From Acutalibacteraceae bacterium (GTDB lineage Bacteria; Bacillota; Clostridia; Oscillospirales; Acutalibacteraceae): DNA of 64,000 nucleotides. Within the stretch, counting starts at the first letter, position 1. Each line of letters starts with the position of its first letter. A program made the position numbers and the translations under genes. The stretch spans positions 11,470 to 75,469 of the forward strand of contig JAZSAJ010000046.1 in the NCBI GenBank assembly GCA_045601805.1, written 5' to 3'. Below the pieces are notes generated by a model. It had not been told where the DNA came from, searched no databases, and saw only the letters and a list, made by a program, of their open reading frames with translations. Below are positions 20,395 through 29,059 of the stretch, in pieces.

Positions 20395-22098
20395 ATGAAT
20401 TTATTGCCTTATGTTAAAAAACTTGAAATCAAAAATGGCTTTCTTCATAACAACGCCACCCGGCCGTATGGTGAAGAAATTGATTACCGCATTAAAAATG
20501 CGTTAAACAAATTGCCTGTTTCAGCAAATGGTGCAGAAATTATTATTAAAACAAACGGTGAAAACGGCGAAAAATACACCATTGATATTACCGAAAACAG
20601 CATTTTAATTTCGGCAAACGGTTTAAACGGCGTGTTTTACGCTATTCAAACTTTGCGCCAAATTTTTAAAGAGGAAAAAATCCCGTGCTTGCATATTGAA
20701 GATTGGCCCGATTTTGCTTACCGCGGTCATTATTACGATATAACAAGGGGCAAAATTCCTACACTTAAAAGCTTAAAAGAACTCATTGATTTTTTGGCGC
20801 AGTTTAAAGTAAACTCTTTGCAACTTTATGTTGAACATGTTTATGAATTTAACGAAACCAAAGAACTAATTAAAAAAACCGGCTACATAACTAAAGAAGA
20901 ACTTATTGAACTTGATAAGTATTGTTTTGATAACTTCATTGAATTTATTCCGTCAATAGCAACCTTTGGCCATATGTACGAAATTTTAGAGCAGGAAGAA
21001 TATAAACATTTGCGTGTTTTAAAAGATTTTTCTACACCGCACAACTTTTGGGTTTCGCGTATGCTTCACCACACTGTTGACCCCCAAAACCCTGAAAGTT
21101 TAGAACTTGTTAAAAGTTTAATTTCGCAGTATCACCCCAATTTTAAAAGCGATAAATTTAATATTTGCGGTGACGAAACCTTTGACCTTGACAGTACTTA
21201 TGGCGAAAAAGCAGGGGAAATATATGTTAATTTCATAAAAGAGATTGCCAATTTTGTAACTTCACAGGACAAAAAGGTTATGATGTGGGCAGATATTGTG
21301 CTTCAGCACCCAGAAACCATTGAAGATTTGCCAGACGATATTTATTTTCTTAACTGGAACTATTGGAAAAACCCACCCGAAAGCGTTGTTGCAAAATTTG
21401 CCGAAACCGGCAAAAAACAAATCGTTTGCCCCGGTGTATGTAACTGGAGCAGATTTTGTGAAAACCTTGACTGTGGCCAAAGCAATATTGAAAAGTTAAT
21501 TGATTTAGGCCATAAATACGGCGCAGTTGGTGTTCTTAATACAAGTTGGGGCGATTATGCAAACCCCTCAAGCACCGAACTTTATTTGCAGGGTATGGTG
21601 CTTGGCGCCGCTAAATCGTGGGCTGTGGCAACCAAAGCAAACGAAGAATATTACGAATTACTTAATAAACTTGTTTACGGCAGTAATAATGCGGTTAAGT
21701 ATTTAACTAAATTAAGCGAAATTCACACAAAATTCGGCGAAACTTGGAATCTTTTCTGCAATACTTACTTTAAAGTTAGATACGGCGAAGAATACAAAGC
21801 CGATTTCACAATAGATATAGAAAAAATAAAAGAAATTCAAGCAGAGTGCGGTGAAATTATTGCGGAACTCAGTTCTCAAAAATGGGAATATGATGAAGTC
21901 AGGGAAGAAGCAATTATTTGCGCAAAAGCGCTTGTTGTTTTAGCACAGCTTGGCGGTAAAATGGTTGGCGTTAATGCCGAAACAACCGTTCAAACAGCCG
22001 ATTTTATTAAAGAGTACGAACAAAAATGGTTGCAAAAAAATAAACCAAGCGAACTTGCTAAAATCACCGAAATGCTTTTATATCTTGAAAATATGTAA
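20395..22098 (+). CDS. Glycoside hydrolase family 20-like protein (putative beta-N-acetylhexosaminidase)
   Basis: Shows the GH20 architecture: an N-terminal GH20b-like domain, then a TIM barrel with DWPDFAYRG and a catalytic-type D-E pair in ICGDETFD. I prefer ATG 20395 (AAAGGA SD) over the track's TTG 20365. Confidence 0.75.
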   Translation: MNLLPYVKKLEIKNGFLHNNATRPYGEEIDYRIKNALNKLPVSANGAEIIIKTNGENGEKYTIDITENSILISANGLNGVFYAIQTLRQIFKEEKIPCLHIEDWPDFAYRGHYYDITRGKIPTLKSLKELIDFLAQFKVNSLQLYVEHVYEFNETKELIKKTGYITKEELIELDKYCFDNFIEFIPSIATFGHMYEILEQEEYKHLRVLKDFSTPHNFWVSRMLHHTVDPQNPESLELVKSLISQYHPNFKSDKFNICGDETFDLDSTYGEKAGEIYVNFIKEIANFVTSQDKKVMMWADIVLQHPETIEDLPDDIYFLNWNYWKNPPESVVAKFAETGKKQIVCPGVCNWSRFCENLDCGQSNIEKLIDLGHKYGAVGVLNTSWGDYANPSSTELYLQGMVLGAAKSWAVATKANEEYYELLNKLVYGSNNAVKYLTKLSEIHTKFGETWNLFCNTYFKVRYGEEYKADFTIDIEKIKEIQAECGEIIAELSSQKWEYDEVREEAIICAKALVVLAQLGGKMVGVNAETTVQTADFIKEYEQKWLQKNKPSELAKITEMLLYLENM

Positions 22099-22105
22099 TA
22101 AAAAA

Positions 22106-22130
22106 CGACCGACTTCAGTCGGTCGTTTTC
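22106..22130. terminator. Bidirectional intrinsic terminator
   Basis: CGACCGAC-TTCA-GTCGGTCG stem-loop with an A5 run upstream and TTTTC downstream. Confidence 0.75.
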
Positions 22131-22131
22131 T

Positions 22132-22914
22132 TTATTTTGTCTTTTTAAGTCTTGCTTTGGCTTCTTCAACGGTTTCACCGTCTTTTGTTAAATAAGCGTC
22201 TACAAATTTGTCTTCAATTTTTGTATATCCCTGTGTAACGCCTTTTTCAATTTTTTTATATCCGTCTACTACCGCTTCGGCAATTTTTTCGTTTGCTTTT
22301 ACTATTTTAGATTTAGCCATATCTATCTTTTTTCCTCCAATTAGGTTTATCCCAAGAAGCAGTACAATAATCCATACTGCAGTTCCTGTTAAAATATTCA
22401 GTAATAAAATTTCTGTTTCTTTCATTCCCGGGAACGACACTAACATTGACCTTTGCATTGTATAAACAGAAACACAAGCATCGGCAAGCGCAATGTTGCG
22501 AAGTGTCTTTAATACCGGTGAAGCAGAGTGTTTTGCTTTTACCATACCAATAATTGCAATTGTAATTTTTGTAAATGTATATGTTGCAATGGTAATCATT
22601 ACAATTTTGTGAAAATAGGTGCCTCTGTCTTTAACGACAGATAAAATATTTACACCAATTATACAAAGTGAAAGTATAACCAACAAAATACCCGTAATTT
22701 TTCTTGCAAAAAGTTCGGTACCGTAATTTCCGTCGGCTTTTCGTTTTATTTGCAAAACTGAAAATCGGGTTGTGGCAAGTACGGTGTAATATGCGCCAAC
22801 CGTAATAAACCACCAAGAATGTGTAAGAAAACCAATAACACCGTTTCCTATTGCATATAAAGAGTTAAATGCAAGACTTGTGTAAGGGCTTCTTGCAATT
22901 TTTAGTACTCTCAT
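22132..22914 (-). CDS. Polytopic membrane protein with charged C-terminal tail, unknown function
   Basis: 260 aa with about 6 predicted TM helices, then a Lys/Glu-rich soluble tail (AKSKIVKANEKIAEAVVDGYKKIEKG..). ATGA start/stop overlap with the upstream gene. Confidence 0.65.
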   Translation of the reverse strand: MRVLKIARSPYTSLAFNSLYAIGNGVIGFLTHSWWFITVGAYYTVLATTRFSVLQIKRKADGNYGTELFARKITGILLVILSLCIIGVNILSVVKDRGTYFHKIVMITIATYTFTKITIAIIGMVKAKHSASPVLKTLRNIALADACVSVYTMQRSMLVSFPGMKETEILLLNILTGTAVWIIVLLLGINLIGGKKIDMAKSKIVKANEKIAEAVVDGYKKIEKGVTQGYTKIEDKFVDAYLTKDGETVEEAKARLKKTK

Positions 22915-23279
22915 TTTATGCCTTTAATCATTGGTATAAGTGCAATTAACATAATAATACCAAGCAAACCAACAAGTGTTCCCCAAATAATTTGTTCCCA
23001 AACAAGACACATACACATACCAACGCCAAGCACCAGCACAGCAATAATTGCATAAACAGTGCGAAGAACATTCTTTGCATTCATTTTGGGTAAAGTTTTG
23101 TTTTCCATTTTGCACCAAATAAGTGCTGTAATAATGCCCAAAACAATACCTATGCTACCAAAAATAATGCCTTCCTTAAAGGAATTCCATTCGGGTAAAA
23201 GAGCCATACACATACCAAGTGCAAAAAGAACTCCGCTTACAGTACCCATAATAAGAGCAACAAAACTACTTTTTTTCAT
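22911..23279 (-). CDS. Small 4-TM membrane protein, unknown function
   Basis: I moved the start to ATG 23279 (AAAGGAGAA SD 6 nt upstream), giving MKKSSFVALIMG... The protein is hydrophobic throughout. Confidence 0.65.
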   Translation of the reverse strand: MKKSSFVALIMGTVSGVLFALGMCMALLPEWNSFKEGIIFGSIGIVLGIITALIWCKMENKTLPKMNAKNVLRTVYAIIAVLVLGVGMCMCLVWEQIIWGTLVGLLGIIMLIALIPMIKGIK

Positions 23280-23299
23280 AATAAATTCTCCTTTCATTA

Positions 23300-23431
23300 A
23301 ACCAACACTTGTGTTTTTATTGCAAATATAGTATACTGTTTTTATATAAGATAAACAATCAACAAATTAACAACAAGTGTTGGAATAAAAGAAAAAACGA
23401 CCATCAATTTGGTCGCAAGTGTTGGAATAAT
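23300..23431. promoter_or_regulatory. Three copies of a CAAGTGTTGG-containing palindromic motif (candidate TetR operators)
   Basis: Copies at 23301-23314 (inverted, AACAC-tt-GTGTT), 23371-23388 (CAACA-ag-TGTTG) and 23414-23430, in the divergent region between the membrane-protein operon and the TetR gene. Confidence 0.45.
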
Positions 23432-23442
23432 GGAGAACTGTT

Positions 23443-23961
23443 ATGAATGTAAAAAACAATAAACGGCGTAAAGAATCGCAAGAAAAAATTGAAAAGGCAT
23501 TTATAGAATTTTTGCAAACCCGTGAAATTAAAGAAATAACGGTTTCCGATATTATTAAGAATACCGGATTAAACCGCAGTACCTTTTATGCAAATTACAT
23601 TGATATTTTTGACCTTGCCGATAAAACAAGGGAAAAACTTGAAAAAGAGTTCAGTAACCTTTTTGCCGAATATGATTATTTTAACGAGCGAAGCGGCGCC
23701 CTTAAAATGTTTAAACACATTAAAGAAAACCAAATATTTTATAATACATATTTTAAACTTTGTTATGATGACAAACATTTAATTTCAATATACGATAAAA
23801 AAAGAGCCGAAAAAGAACACATAGACAGCAACATAAAGTATCATATTGAATTTTTTAGAAACGGGCTAAATGCCATAATAAAACTTTGGTTGTCAAACGG
23901 TTGTAAAGAATCCCCCGAAGAAATGGCCGAAGTACTAAAACAAGAATACAGAGGAAGATAA
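23443..23961 (+). CDS. TetR/AcrR family transcriptional regulator
   Basis: 172 aa with an N-terminal HTH (ITVSDIIKNTGLNRSTFYANY). Confidence 0.85.
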   Translation: MNVKNNKRRKESQEKIEKAFIEFLQTREIKEITVSDIIKNTGLNRSTFYANYIDIFDLADKTREKLEKEFSNLFAEYDYFNERSGALKMFKHIKENQIFYNTYFKLCYDDKHLISIYDKKRAEKEHIDSNIKYHIEFFRNGLNAIIKLWLSNGCKESPEEMAEVLKQEYRGR

Positions 23962-23968
23962 AAAAACT

Positions 23969-24014
23969 ACAAAAAAAAAGAACCTCAACTACGCAAATTG
24001 CATACGAGGTTCTT
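23969..24014 (-). terminator. Intrinsic terminator of the tRNA-Pro transcription unit
   Basis: On the minus strand, the AGAACCUC/GAGGUUCU stem (24007-24014 / 23979-23986) is followed by U10 (23969-23978), immediately 3' of the tRNA. Confidence 0.7.
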
Positions 24015-24017
24015 ATG

Positions 24018-24094
24018 TGGTCGAGATGACAGGATTCGAACCTGCGGCCTCTGCGTCCCGAACGCAGCGCTCTACCAAACTGAGCCACATCTCG
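24018..24094 (-). tRNA. tRNA-Pro (anticodon CGG), CCA encoded
   Basis: Hand-folded cloverleaf. Acceptor CGAGATG/CATCTCG, D arm GCTC-AGTTTGGTA-GAGC. Anticodon arm CTGCG-TTCGGGA-CGCAG, T arm GCAGG-TTCGAAT-CCTGT. Discriminator A, then CCA. Confidence 0.9.
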
Positions 24095-24099
24095 TTATT

Positions 24100-24266
24100 A
24101 AGTTTTTTCGCTAATACTATAAATTAACAAGGCAATTTTGCCGCGCTGCAGTGCAGCTACTCTTGCGGTGCCCAAAGTTTACAACGGCTGGTAGCGCCTA
24201 TAAACTTTGACCGCTGCGCCTTTTCGTACTCGCTGTATCGTCCACAGGACGCGCTCGTACTTAAAG
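24100..24266 (-). other. GC-rich structured insert within the tRNA-Pro 5' leader (candidate ncRNA or processing element)
   Basis: About 56% G+C by hand count over 24131-24260, in AT-rich surroundings. Contains several nested helices on the tRNA strand; see the finding for coordinates. Confidence 0.4.
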
Positions 24267-24294
24267 CTACCAAACTGAGCCACATCTCGTTATT
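24267..24294 (-). repeat. Duplicated 5' fragment of tRNA-Pro (positions 1-23 plus 5 upstream nt)
   Basis: Exact 28-nt direct repeat of 24072-24099. After ..GGTAG the sequence diverges (CTTTAAG instead of AGCGCTG), so no D stem or downstream arms can form. Confidence 0.85.
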
Positions 24295-24314
24295 TATTTT
24301 TTGACAGCCATTGT

Positions 24315-24343
24315 ATTATACTTTAATATTTTTAAATAGTCAA
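24315..24343 (-). promoter_or_regulatory. Consensus sigma-A promoter (TTGACT-17 nt-TATAAT) driving the tRNA-Pro unit
   Basis: The -35 is at 24343-24338 and the -10 at 24320-24315 (minus strand). It lies upstream of the tRNA fragment, not of the intact tRNA. Confidence 0.6.
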
Positions 24344-24385
24344 TACCCAAATTTAAAAGCACGGTATAAAAATACCGCGCTTTGT

Positions 24386-24862
24386 TTATTTGTTTAAAAT
24401 GTATATTCCAAAGTTTAAATATGCCGCGAAAAGGGTCCACAACAAATATGGTATTTGTAAAATTGCCGCGGGTTTTGAAATGCTCCAATATTTATAAATT
24501 GTTAGAGCAACGCTGATAATCAGCAAAATTATCCAAATAAAAGCGAACAAATACATTCTTGCATTAAAAAATATAATGCTCCACCAAAAGTTTAAAAACA
24601 AACTTATTGCGTATACCGATAACGAAACAGAAACTTGGCTATAATTTACACCCCTTTTGTTATATACCAATGCGGCGCTTATACCCATAAGCACATAAAG
24701 TATTGTCCATACAATAGGAAATAAAATGCTTGGCGGAGAAAGGGGAGGGCGGTCAATTGTTTTATAAATATCCATACTGTTTCTTGTAAAAAACGCCGCA
24801 AGACCGCCTACAGCCAACGCAATGGCAATAGAAATTATATAGGGTTTTAACTTTTTAAACAT
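24386..24862 (-). CDS. tspO: TspO/MBR family (tryptophan-rich sensory) protein
   Basis: I moved the start to ATG 24862 (GAGGTGAA SD). 5 TM helices, with PPLSPPSILFPIVWTILYVLMG and W-rich helices typical of TspO. Confidence 0.8.
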   Translation of the reverse strand: MFKKLKPYIISIAIALAVGGLAAFFTRNSMDIYKTIDRPPLSPPSILFPIVWTILYVLMGISAALVYNKRGVNYSQVSVSLSVYAISLFLNFWWSIIFFNARMYLFAFIWIILLIISVALTIYKYWSISKPAAILQIPYLLWTLFAAYLNFGIYILNK

Positions 24863-25027
24863 AGTATTCACCTCAAAAAATAATATACTTATGTTTCTAT
24901 TATATTTCATAAAACTTGGTGCTATACTTATTAGTAAAAAATTTTAAGTTTATGGTTGAAAAAAGTAAATATATATCGTATAATTGGTATGTTAAATTCA
25001 TGGCACAGGGGTTAAAAGGTGGTATAT

Positions 25028-26512
25028 ATGATTAGGAAAGTTGGTTTTGATAACGAAAAGTATTTGGAACTTCAGTCTAAATACATTAAAGAAAGAATTG
25101 ATAAATTTTCCGGCAAGTTGTACTTAGAACTTGGCGGCAAACTTTTTGACGACTTTCACGCCTCACGCGTACTACCCGGCTTTAAACCCGACAGCAAAAT
25201 GAAAATGCTTTTAAACCTTAAAGAGTGCTCTGAAATTGTTATTGCCATTAGCGCTGTGGACATTGAAAAGAACAAAATTCGCGGTGATTTGGGTATTTCT
25301 TACGACACCGATTTGTTGCGCCTTATAGATTCGTTCCGTTCGGTTGGGCTTTATGTTAGCAGTGTTGTTATAACTAAATATGCAGGTCAGTACGCCGCTG
25401 ATGTATTCAAAAAGAAATTAAAAAATCTTGGGCTTAATGTTTATATGCATTATGTAATTGACGGCTACCCCAACAACATTCCGTTTATTGTTAGCGAAGC
25501 AGGTTATGGCAGAAACGAATATATTGAAACTACTAAACCGCTTGTTATTGTAACCGCACCTGGCCCCGGCAGCGGAAAGTTGGCTACCTGCCTTTCACAG
25601 CTTTACCACGAACACAAACGCGGTGTTACGGCCGGTTATGCTAAATTTGAAACATTCCCAATTTGGAATTTACCGCTTAAACACCCTGTAAACTTGGCTT
25701 ATGAAGCGGCTACTGCCGATTTAAACGACCTTAATATGATTGACCCATACCATCTTGAAGCGTACGGCGAAATGACGGTAAACTACAACCGCGATGTTGA
25801 AGCGTTTCCGCTTTTAAAGGCAATTTTAGAACAGATTTTGGGCGAAAGCCCTTACCAGTCGCCAACCGATATGGGTGTAAATATGGTGGGCAACTGCATT
25901 GTTGATAATGACGCTGTGTGCGAAGCGGCAAAAGACGAAATTGTGCGCCGTTACTATAAAGTTTTGTGCGATAAACTTATGGGCAGGGTTGGTGAATCTG
26001 CCGTAATTAAGGCCGATTCAATAATGAAACAGGCCGAAGTTACACTTGCTCAAAGGGCGGTTGTAAAACCTGCTTTAAATAAGGCGGAAAGTTCGGGTAA
26101 ACACGCTGTTGCTATTGAACTTGATAACGGTGAAATTGTAACAGGCAAAAGCAGCGAACTGCTTGGCAGTGTTTCTGCGGCAATGCTTAATGCAATGAAA
26201 ATTATGGCTGATATTGACGATGATGTGCCACTTCTTGCACAATCGTTTATTGAACCCATTGTTAAACTTAAAAGGGAAACATTCCGTTCCAAAAACTCTC
26301 ATCTTAATTCAAACGAAATGTTAATTGCGCTTTCAAGCAGTGCGGTGGTAAACCCGCAGGCAAGCAAGGCGCTTGAAAAAATTAGCCGTTTGCGCGGTGC
26401 AGAACTTCATTCTTCGGTAATGCTTAACGAAACCGATGAAATGGTGCTTAAAAAACTTGGCATAAATTACACCTGTGAGCCCGTTCGCAGAAATAAAAAT
26501 TTATATTATTAA
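25028..26512 (+). CDS. DUF1846 (UPF0371) family protein
   Basis: Start at ATG 25028 (AAAGGTGG SD). MIRKVGFDNEKYLELQSKYIKERI..LYLELGGKLFDDFHASRVLPGF matches the family N-terminus. Confidence 0.8.
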   Translation: MIRKVGFDNEKYLELQSKYIKERIDKFSGKLYLELGGKLFDDFHASRVLPGFKPDSKMKMLLNLKECSEIVIAISAVDIEKNKIRGDLGISYDTDLLRLIDSFRSVGLYVSSVVITKYAGQYAADVFKKKLKNLGLNVYMHYVIDGYPNNIPFIVSEAGYGRNEYIETTKPLVIVTAPGPGSGKLATCLSQLYHEHKRGVTAGYAKFETFPIWNLPLKHPVNLAYEAATADLNDLNMIDPYHLEAYGEMTVNYNRDVEAFPLLKAILEQILGESPYQSPTDMGVNMVGNCIVDNDAVCEAAKDEIVRRYYKVLCDKLMGRVGESAVIKADSIMKQAEVTLAQRAVVKPALNKAESSGKHAVAIELDNGEIVTGKSSELLGSVSAAMLNAMKIMADIDDDVPLLAQSFIEPIVKLKRETFRSKNSHLNSNEMLIALSSSAVVNPQASKALEKISRLRGAELHSSVMLNETDEMVLKKLGINYTCEPVRRNKNLYY

Positions 26513-26517
26513 AAAAA

Positions 26518-26538
26518 CGCCCAAAAGGGCGTTTTTTT
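26518..26538 (+). terminator. Intrinsic terminator
   Basis: ACGCCC-AAAA-GGGCGT stem-loop followed by T7. Confidence 0.8.
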
Positions 26539-26539
26539 C

Positions 26540-26568
26540 TTGCAAAAATATACTTGCTGTTATATAAT
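26540..26568 (+). promoter_or_regulatory. Sigma-A promoter candidate (TTGCAA-17 nt-TATAAT)
   Basis: Hexamers at 26540-26545 and 26563-26568. Confidence 0.5.
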
Positions 26569-26605
26569 AAAATTAACTATAAACATCTAAAAGGGAGTCT
26601 TATAA

Positions 26606-27280
26606 TTGCTTATTAGATTATTAAGCGGAAGTATGAATTTTTACCAAGTTATAGCATATGTTGTTTCGGCTTTGGTTGTAATTTTTATTACCTTGCCGTT
26701 TCATGAATATGCCCACGCCTTTATTGCCGATAAATTGGGCGATAGAACTGCGCGTTATATGGGACGGCTTACTATAAACCCAATGGCACATATTGATTAT
26801 TGGGGCGCTCTTGGTATTTTGTTCTTTGGTTTTGGTTGGGCAAAACCTGTACCTGTAAACCCTGCAAACTTTAGAAACCCTAAAACCGGTATGGCAATAA
26901 CCGCTTTTGCCGGTCCGCTAATGAATATTTTGCTTGGCGGTATTTCGTGGTTTTTTTATTATTTAGTTGCCTATTTAAATATTTCAAGAGACAGCGTATG
27001 GCTTTTTTATATTTCGCTTTTCTTTATGTTTTTTACACAAATAAATATCAGTTTGGCGGTATTTAACCTAATACCAATTCCACCGCTTGACGGTTCGCGC
27101 CTTTTAAATGTTTTTTTGCCCTCAAAATATTATTTTTTAATAATGAAATATGAACGCTTTTTCACACTTTTCATTTTGCTTTTAATTTATACAGGCGTTC
27201 TTGACGGGCCAATGAACTTGGTGGCTGGTTTTATTTATAAAATAATTAGCATTTTACCCGGTTTAATTTTTGGGTTTTAA
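26606..27280 (+). CDS. Site-2 protease family (M50) membrane metalloprotease
   Basis: 224 aa, TTG start with an AAGGGAG SD. HEYAHAF HExxH motif in a TM helix and a distal LIPIPPLDGSRL motif. Confidence 0.8.
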   Translation: MLIRLLSGSMNFYQVIAYVVSALVVIFITLPFHEYAHAFIADKLGDRTARYMGRLTINPMAHIDYWGALGILFFGFGWAKPVPVNPANFRNPKTGMAITAFAGPLMNILLGGISWFFYYLVAYLNISRDSVWLFYISLFFMFFTQINISLAVFNLIPIPPLDGSRLLNVFLPSKYYFLIMKYERFFTLFILLLIYTGVLDGPMNLVAGFIYKIISILPGLIFGF

Positions 27281-27305
27281 AATTTTTAAAAATTGACGGT
27301 GAATT

Positions 27306-28031
27306 ATGGAAGTTATGCTTTCGTATAAGTTGGAAGATTTTGAGGGCCCCCTTGATTTGCTTTTACAACTTATTGCAAAAAACAAACTGAATATTAATGA
27401 AATTAAACTTACGGTTTTAATTGAGCAGTATCTTTCTCATATTGAAAAAATGAATTTAGAGGAAGATATGGATGTTGCAAGTGATTTTCTTCAAATGGCT
27501 TCGCGTTTAATTTACATAAAAACAATTAGTTTGCTTCCGAAACACGAAGAAATTGAAGAATTAAAAGAGCAACTCACAGGCGAACTTATTGAATACCAAC
27601 TTTGCCGTGAAACTGCGCAAAAACTTACCGAAATTTACGCAAAGTACGACCGCTTTGTGCGTGTGGCTGAAGAGGTTGAAGTTGATAAAACCTATGCCTT
27701 AACCCATAAGTCAAGCGTACTTTACGATGCATATTTGTCGGCGGTGGGCAAAGGAATGCGAAAAGCACCCGTGTCTTCGGCGCCGTTTACAAAAATTGTT
27801 GCCAAAAAAATTGTTTCGGTTTCAACCAAAATAGTTTATGTTTTAAGAAACCTTGTGCGCAGCGGTACCAAGAAATTAAGTGAACTTTATTCGGGCGCAA
27901 AAAGCCGTTCGGAACTTGTTGCAACCTTTCTTGCGGTTTTGGAACTTTGTAAAAACAACCGCGTAAAAATAGACGGACAAAGCAGTGACACAAGAATTAC
28001 TTTAATAAAGGAGAAAAACAATGAAAACTGA
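27306..28031 (+). CDS. scpA: Segregation and condensation protein A
   Basis: 241 aa. LEDFEGPLDLLLQLIAKNKLNINEI is the ScpA signature. Confidence 0.9.
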   Translation: MEVMLSYKLEDFEGPLDLLLQLIAKNKLNINEIKLTVLIEQYLSHIEKMNLEEDMDVASDFLQMASRLIYIKTISLLPKHEEIEELKEQLTGELIEYQLCRETAQKLTEIYAKYDRFVRVAEEVEVDKTYALTHKSSVLYDAYLSAVGKGMRKAPVSSAPFTKIVAKKIVSVSTKIVYVLRNLVRSGTKKLSELYSGAKSRSELVATFLAVLELCKNNRVKIDGQSSDTRITLIKEKNNEN

Positions 28032-28602
28032 TTTAACTGCGGCTTTTGAAGCGGTGTTGTTTTCTTCGGGCGAAAGCGTTAGCATTGACCGTTTTGCCCT
28101 TGCTTTTGAAATAGATTTTGACGAAGTTGTTAAAACAATGGATAAATTGGCAGAAAAACTTTCTGACCGCGGTATTGAACTTGTGCGTTTGGAAAATGCT
28201 TATCAACTTTGTTCAAAAAGCGAATACGGCACCTACATAAGAAAGGTTGCCGATATGCGCCGTAAATCTCCGCTTTCCGCAGCAGGTATGGAAGTTTTGG
28301 CTGTGGTTGCCTATAACCAACCCGTTACAAAGGCGTTTATTGAACAGGTGCGAGGGGTAGACTGTTCAAGTACCGTTACGAACCTTTTGGAAAAAGGTTT
28401 AATTGAAGAAAAAGGACGGCTTGAACTTCCGGGCAGACCGCTTTTGTACGGTACAACCAAAAACTTTTTGCGTTGCTTTGGAATAAGCGATATAAAAGAA
28501 CTTCCGCCTATTGAACGAAATAATGCATCTGAAATGCCCGTTCTTGCCGAACAACTTTCGGCTTTGGGCGATTTAGCGGAAGAAACAGAAAAAGAAGAAT
28601 AA
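28021..28602 (+). CDS. scpB: Segregation and condensation protein B
   Basis: 193 aa. LEAVLFSSGESVSI.. and LSAAGMEVLAVVAYNQPVTKAFIEQVRGV. Overlaps the scpA stop. Confidence 0.9.
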   Translation: MKTDLTAAFEAVLFSSGESVSIDRFALAFEIDFDEVVKTMDKLAEKLSDRGIELVRLENAYQLCSKSEYGTYIRKVADMRRKSPLSAAGMEVLAVVAYNQPVTKAFIEQVRGVDCSSTVTNLLEKGLIEEKGRLELPGRPLLYGTTKNFLRCFGISDIKELPPIERNNASEMPVLAEQLSALGDLAEETEKEE

Positions 28603-28646
28603 TTTTTAAATTTTAGTAAATAAGTCATATAAAGGAAAGTGATAAT

Positions 28647-29012
28647 ATGGCAGAAAGCAGTATTAAAAACATTTTAGATGTTACAATGGAAAAATTACGC
28701 GCTGTGGTTGATGCAGATACCATTGTTGGCAAACCTATAGTAATTGGGGAAAACACTTTAATTCCTGTTTCTAAAATAACAATGGGCATTGCTTCGGGTG
28801 GGGCAGATTTTCCAAACAAAACCGCAAATACGGCTTTTGGCGGTGGCGGTGGCGCCGGCTTAAGCGTTACACCGGTTGCATTTTTAAGTGTAACGGCAAA
28901 CGGCGTAAGGGTGCTTCCAATTACCACAGAATCTAATTCAATTGACCGCGCTATTGCGGCGGCACCCGAAATTATAGATAAAGTAAAAGAAACATTTAAT
29001 AAAGCAAATTAA
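28647..29012 (+). CDS. ytfJ: Sporulation protein YtfJ (GerW family)
   Basis: 121 aa. TIVGKPIVIGENTLIPVSKITMGIASGGADF and a Gly-run, typical of YtfJ. Confidence 0.8.
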   Translation: MAESSIKNILDVTMEKLRAVVDADTIVGKPIVIGENTLIPVSKITMGIASGGADFPNKTANTAFGGGGGAGLSVTPVAFLSVTANGVRVLPITTESNSIDRAIAAAPEIIDKVKETFNKAN

Positions 29013-29059
29013 GAATAGATTTTTACCCCTTTTCATAACCTTGTGTTAAGGGAAGGTGT

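Noticed and set aside
23855-24088. 77-aa minus-strand ORF
   Set aside because: It overlaps the tRNA-Pro gene and its terminator, and the Arg-rich translation derives from the tRNA sequence.
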